Positions 59,664-64,000 of a stretch of DNA of 64,000 nucleotides are shown one piece after another; within the stretch, counting starts at the first letter, position 1, and each line of letters begins with the position of its first letter. The translations under genes and the position numbers were made by a program. Origin of the DNA: Chloroflexota bacterium (GTDB lineage: Bacteria; Chloroflexota; Dehalococcoidia; Lucifugimonadales; UBA3495); NCBI GenBank assembly GCA_027623675.1, contig JAQBVF010000002.1, positions 64,001 to 128,000 of the forward strand. Direction: 5' to 3'. The notes below the pieces were generated by a model. That model saw only the letters and a list, made by a program, of their open reading frames with translations. It had not been told where the DNA came from and ran no database searches.

Positions 59664-60434
59664 TTAGGCGCGGCCCTTTCTGGCGAGGAACTCGGGGAAG
59701 GCGTCTTCGACCCCGAACCCTTTCTGCACGGCGGTGAAATCCTTCTCGTTCTCCCACATGCCCCGCAGGTCGGCGGTCATGTCTTGCAGCAAGAGTTGCT
59801 TGATGCCCTTCACCGACCCCTGGTGGTTCTTGGCGATCAGCGTTGCCATCTCCATCGTCTTGGCCCGCAGTTCTCCCGCCGGGACCAGGTGATTCAGCAG
59901 GCCAACCTGAAGAGCTTCCTCGGCTTCCACCACTCTGGCGGTGAACAGGAACTCCTTGGCCTTGGGCCAGCCCACCTGGTTGGGGAGGGTCCAGGTGCAG
60001 TTGATGCGGCCATAGGCCACGGCCAGGAAGCGGAACTTGGTGTTTTCGCAGCCGACCCGGATGTCGAGACAGGACGCCAGCACCGCGCCGCCGCCGTAGG
60101 CCAGCCCGTTCATCATGCCGATGACCGGCTTGGGCGACGCAGAGATGTCGTACATCCATTGGGAGTGTTCCGCGGAACGGACGTCCCGCTCCTCCTCGGT
60201 GCGTTCACGGGCGTCGACCCGCTGCTCGTGGATGTCGCCGCCGGCGGAGAACGCCTTGTTGCCGGTCCCGGTGATCACGATGCAGCCGATGTTGTCGTCT
60301 TCGTTGGCCGCCTTCACGGCATCATGAAGCTCCGAATCCAGCTGGTGGTTCATGGCGTTCAGGACCTCAGGGCGGTTCATCGTAATGACCGCCACGCCCT
60401 CTTCGTTCTCGACCAAGATATGTTCGTAAGTCAT
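59664..60434 (-). CDS. Enoyl-CoA hydratase/isomerase (crotonase) family protein
   Basis: ITMNRPEVLNAM, AFSAGGDI, PKPVIG..NG.A.GGG, A.EAL.VGLLN. Confidence 0.92.
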   Translation of the reverse strand: MTYEHILVENEEGVAVITMNRPEVLNAMNHQLDSELHDAVKAANEDDNIGCIVITGTGNKAFSAGGDIHEQRVDARERTEEERDVRSAEHSQWMYDISASPKPVIGMMNGLAYGGGAVLASCLDIRVGCENTKFRFLAVAYGRINCTWTLPNQVGWPKAKEFLFTARVVEAEEALQVGLLNHLVPAGELRAKTMEMATLIAKNHQGSVKGIKQLLLQDMTADLRGMWENEKDFTAVQKGFGVEDAFPEFLARKGRA

Positions 60435-60835
60435 TTTTCCTCCATCTTATTTTCGGTTAATGTTCCCGGTCCTCGGTCGCGTAACCCATCCGTGAGACTT
60501 CGGGAAACTTGATTTCACGATCGGTAAATGTATTGCCTAAAGGGTATCAGCCGACCTAGTTTTCCGATACAAACGGCTGCACCAGTATGTCACCCTGCGT
60601 CCATCCGCCGTACGAGGAAAGGTCTGCCGGTCTGACGATCGTCCGAAACGGGGCCAGGATTCGCTGGAATATCGCAGGAATACCGAATCGCTCCCGATTT
60701 TACGGTGGGCGTGACAGACAGTCAATTTGGCCGGATGCCGATCCGGCATATGATAAACTTCCAGCGTCGCTCAGGCGTGACTTGAGATTCAATTGATGGC
60801 CAAACTTGATTTGGTGAGATCTGGAGGTATTTGGA

Positions 60836-62527
60836 TTGGTTAAGATGAATGCGGGCGTGGCTGTGATCGAGATGCTGCGGCAGGAAGGGGTATCTCACAT
60901 ATTCGGAATCGTTGGGTCGTCATTCCTGGACATCCTCGACCCCCTGTACGACCGGGACGACATCCGGTTCATTGGGGTACGCCACGAACAGGGAGCGGCC
61001 CTGATGGCCGACGGCTACAGCCGCATCTCCGGCGCGCCCAGCGTTTGCCTGGTGACCAACGGCCCCGGAGTCTTGAACCTGACCTACGGTATCGGTTCCG
61101 CCTACGTGGCCCACTCGCCGGTGGTCGTGCTGGCCCCATCCGCTTCCCGTAGCCACCAGAACCGGGACTCCACCCAGGAGTTCGACCAGGTGGCCCTCTT
61201 CAAGCCAATCACCAAAGCGGCCTTCGCCATCAACAAGATCGAGGTCCTGCCGGAGGCCCTGCGTCACGCGTTCCGGGTTGCCACATCAGGCAAGATGGGT
61301 CCGGTGATGATCGACATCCCCCGGGACCTGCTGCCCGGCGCTGAGATTGACCTCGATCTCCTGAGCCCGGACGCCTACCGCCCGGGGCAGACCCGCTCCA
61401 GAGGCGACCAGGGGCTGATTGACAAGGGCGCCGCGGTGCTGGCCGCCGCCCAACGTCCGGTCATCTTGGCCGGCGGCGGAGTGCAATGGAGCGGCGCCGC
61501 CGACGAGGTCTGCCGCATGGCGGAACTGACCGGGGCGGCCATCGTGACCTCCTACGGCCGGGCGGATGCCGTGCCCAACGACCACCCCAATTATCTGGGT
61601 CACCTAGGCCGGTTGGGGTCCGCCGAGGGTATCGAGGCGATGCGGAATGCCGACACCATCCTGGCCGTGGGCACCCGCCTCAGCCAGTCGACCACCTTCT
61701 ACGACAACCGGTTCATCCCCGCCGACGCCAAGATCGTCCAGATAGAGATCGACCCTCAAGAGATCGGCCGCAATTACCCCGTGGCGGTGGGCATCGAAGG
61801 CGACGCCAAGGCGGTGATGGAGGGTCTGCTGGAGAAGGTCCGGGAGCGGGAGCCGCGTCCCAACGAGATGTGGGTCTCGGAGATCGCCGATTGGAACTCG
61901 CGCCGGGCGAACCGCCTGCAGGATGAGGAGAAACTATCCAGCTTACCCATCAAGCCCCAACGGGTCTACGCCGAACTCCGCAAGGTCATGCCCAGGGACG
62001 CCATCGTGGCCCTGGACGCCGGGTTGGCCCCCAACTACGGGCAGGACCGGCTAAATTACTACGAGCCCAAAAGCCTGATTACCTCGCTGGACCTGGGCGG
62101 TCTGGGGTTCAGCTTCCCGGCGGCCATCGGCGCGAAATTCGCCGCCCCCGACCGGCCGGTGATCAACTTCAACGGCGACGGCGGATTCCTGTTCAACGCC
62201 CAGGAGTTCTCGACGGCGGTCCATTACAACCTGCCGCTGGTCACCGTGATAATGAACAATGGCATCTGGGGTTCGGAGAAAGCCTACCAGCGCTATGCAT
62301 TCGACGAGCGTTACGTTGGCGCGGACACCACCAACCCCCGCTTCGACAAATATGCCGAGATCTTCGGCGGCGTGGGGTTCTACGTGGAGCGGCCTGAGGA
62401 TATCGGAAACGCCCTGACCGAGGCCTTGAACTGCGGCAAACCCAGCATCATCGAGATACCAACCGACCCCGACGAGATGCCTCGCCCGGCCCGTTTGAAC
62501 GAGGTGCAGGCTCCTCCTGGAGCATAG
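60836..62527 (+). CDS. ThDP-dependent enzyme, ALS family, resembling sulfoacetaldehyde acetyltransferase Xsc
   Basis: FGIVGSSFLD, RHEQGA..MADGY, NGPG, GDGGF...NNGIWGSEK; TTG after GGAGGT. Confidence 0.8.
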   Translation: MVKMNAGVAVIEMLRQEGVSHIFGIVGSSFLDILDPLYDRDDIRFIGVRHEQGAALMADGYSRISGAPSVCLVTNGPGVLNLTYGIGSAYVAHSPVVVLAPSASRSHQNRDSTQEFDQVALFKPITKAAFAINKIEVLPEALRHAFRVATSGKMGPVMIDIPRDLLPGAEIDLDLLSPDAYRPGQTRSRGDQGLIDKGAAVLAAAQRPVILAGGGVQWSGAADEVCRMAELTGAAIVTSYGRADAVPNDHPNYLGHLGRLGSAEGIEAMRNADTILAVGTRLSQSTTFYDNRFIPADAKIVQIEIDPQEIGRNYPVAVGIEGDAKAVMEGLLEKVREREPRPNEMWVSEIADWNSRRANRLQDEEKLSSLPIKPQRVYAELRKVMPRDAIVALDAGLAPNYGQDRLNYYEPKSLITSLDLGGLGFSFPAAIGAKFAAPDRPVINFNGDGGFLFNAQEFSTAVHYNLPLVTVIMNNGIWGSEKAYQRYAFDERYVGADTTNPRFDKYAEIFGGVGFYVERPEDIGNALTEALNCGKPSIIEIPTDPDEMPRPARLNEVQAPPGA

Positions 62528-62572
62528 ATAACACCAGGCGGCCAGGCCGCTTTCCCAGCCGTCTTAACGATA

Positions 62573-62935
62573 ATGGATGAAACAGTTATGCAAAACGTAG
62601 TCATGCCCGATTCCATAAACCTGGAAGACGACGCGGTGGTGATCCTCTGGGAGGATGCCCATCGGAGTCCCTTCCCCCACCGCTACCTGCGGCTGCACTG
62701 TCCCTGCGCCAATTGCATCGACGAGATGACCGGCAAGGTCACCCTCGACCCCGACTCGGTGCCCCAAGACGTGAAGGCGGTTGACCAGATGCCCGTCGGC
62801 AAGTACGGAGTGCAGTTCCTTTGGAGCGACACCCATTACACCGGCATCTACACCTTCAACGTGCTGCGGGCGGCCTGCCCCTGCATCATCTGCGGAGAGG
62901 CCAGGGCCAGCAAGGCAGAGTCCGGGACCAGTTAG
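62573..62935 (+). CDS. DUF971 / gamma-butyrobetaine hydroxylase N-terminal-like Zn-binding protein
   Basis: LRLHCPCANC, VGKYG, WSDTHYTGIY, LR..CPC..C. Confidence 0.85.
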   Translation: MDETVMQNVVMPDSINLEDDAVVILWEDAHRSPFPHRYLRLHCPCANCIDEMTGKVTLDPDSVPQDVKAVDQMPVGKYGVQFLWSDTHYTGIYTFNVLRAACPCIICGEARASKAESGTS

Positions 62936-63159
62936 GGGTCCGAAGCCGGGTTTCTATCGTGGGAGCGCATCGGCTTCTCGAGGGAAGCCTTGAACTTGGG
63001 CGAGGTGAAAGTGTTGGACTTGAAGGCGAAGTTGGAGAGCTGACGCTCGCCTGGTTTGCCGCAGGTGGCGCAGTTGGCCGGCTCATCCGACTGTGAAACC
63101 GAGCGCATCACTTCAAAGTCCAAGCCGCAACCGGCGCAGTAATACTCGTAGATGGGCAT
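62932..63159 (-). CDS. FmdB family zinc-ribbon protein
   Basis: MPIYEYYCAGCG..FE....CATCG...R.LS; AGGAGG SD. Confidence 0.88.
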   Translation of the reverse strand: MPIYEYYCAGCGLDFEVMRSVSQSDEPANCATCGKPGERQLSNFAFKSNTFTSPKFKASLEKPMRSHDRNPASDP

Positions 63160-63335
63160 GAGAACCTCCTGAAACTAGGTATATTTTAGCTTCATTGCCG
63201 AAAGGTTGCCACGGGAACACGAGCAAGAGCCTCTGCCCCCGTTCAGGGGGTTCCTCACTGGGAAGATTGGCTCGTGGCAAACCCTCCCCCATTACCGGGG
63301 AAGGGAACTAACTAACCCAACAAAGGGGAGACATC

Positions 63336-64000
63336 ATGGCAGAAACGACGGATGTTGCGATCATCGGCGGAGGCGCGGCCGGTTGTGCCGTCGCCTACTA
63401 CCTGGCCCAATCCGGTATCAAGTCCACCATCATCGAACGGGAGGGCTTGGGCAACCAGGCTTCCGGATACGCCGCCGGCGGGTTGAACCCACTCACCGGG
63501 GTCGGAATACCCGGCCCGCTGGGCACCTTTGCCTGGGAGTGTTTCCAACTCCACATGGACCTTTACCCGAGCCTGAAAGACCAGTCGGGCATCGACTACC
63601 AGACCAGGAAGGTTGGCAAGTTCGACCTGGCCTTGGAAGAGTCCGAGGTCGCGGGACTGCGTGAGACCGTGGAACTGTTTCAGGGCATCCCGGGATTCGA
63701 GGGCCGCTGGCTGGAACCGGCGGAGATCGCCGAACTGGAGCCACGCGTCAGTCCGAACGTCCTGGGAGGCATGTACGACTTCGGGAACGCCGCTGTCGAC
63801 AGCCACGGCTTCACCAATGCCATGGCCGCCGCCGCGGAGAAGATGGGCGCCAGTATCAGGGTGGGAAACGTCCGGACTCTGGAGAGCAAAGGCGGCAAGG
63901 TTGACCGGGTGGTCCTCGCCGACGGCGAGATATCCTGCGGTCAGGTTGTGATGGCCATGGGGCCTTGGTCGCGGCGGGCCGAGTCGTGGCTGGGCGTGTA
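63336..64000 (+). CDS. FAD-dependent oxidoreductase, DAO/glycine oxidase-like (truncated by window end)
   Basis: Manual translation MAETTDVAIIGGGAAGCAVAYYLA...IIER...QASGYAAGGL...VVMAMGPWS; GGGGAG SD. Confidence 0.85.
   Translation, partial: MAETTDVAIIGGGAAGCAVAYYLAQSGIKSTIIEREGLGNQASGYAAGGLNPLTGVGIPGPLGTFAWECFQLHMDLYPSLKDQSGIDYQTRKVGKFDLALEESEVAGLRETVELFQGIPGFEGRWLEPAEIAELEPRVSPNVLGGMYDFGNAAVDSHGFTNAMAAAAEKMGASIRVGNVRTLESKGGKVDRVVLADGEISCGQVVMAMGPWSRRAESWLGV

Overview
GC-rich (~60-65%) bacterial chromosome segment. Gene style and order suggest Chloroflexota/Dehalococcoidia, possibly SAR202-like; this is an inference from the fusA-rpsJ junction without tuf, the homodimeric GlyRS and the surface-protein type. 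Left to right: (1) a fused ETF beta-alpha gene ahead of a probable acyl-CoA dehydrogenase start, and pncB; (2) a SAM-I riboswitch-controlled operon mtnA-mtnP-rhodanese-ahcY-metK, then a phosphohexomutase; (3) the str-S10-spc-alpha ribosomal superoperon on the minus strand (rpsL to rpsI, no tuf), with long acidic extensions on uL4, uL5, uS17 and RpoA; (4) a 13-kb cobalt/corrinoid island: cbiE-cobN-HutX/ChuX-like gene, a B12 riboswitch plus a NikA/DppA-type ABC binding protein and two permeases without ATPase, a second near-duplicate B12 riboswitch plus cbtB-cbtA and a fused ChlI/ChlD chelatase subunit; (5) glyQS with a low-GC swapped segment in its zinc-ribbon insertion, birA, and an active/pseudo-enzyme SDR pair; (6) a his cluster hisZ-long hisG-[Zn PLC/P1-fold hydrolase]-hisD-hisC-hisB; (7) an accessory end with a methyltransferase, a decayed crotonase duplicate, an Ig-repeat surface protein, a non-canonical crotonase, an Xsc-like ThDP enzyme, DUF971, an FmdB zinc ribbon and a truncated FAD oxidoreductase. 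No tRNA, rRNA, CRISPR array, integrase or transposase was seen. All calls come from reading motifs by eye; no searches were run.
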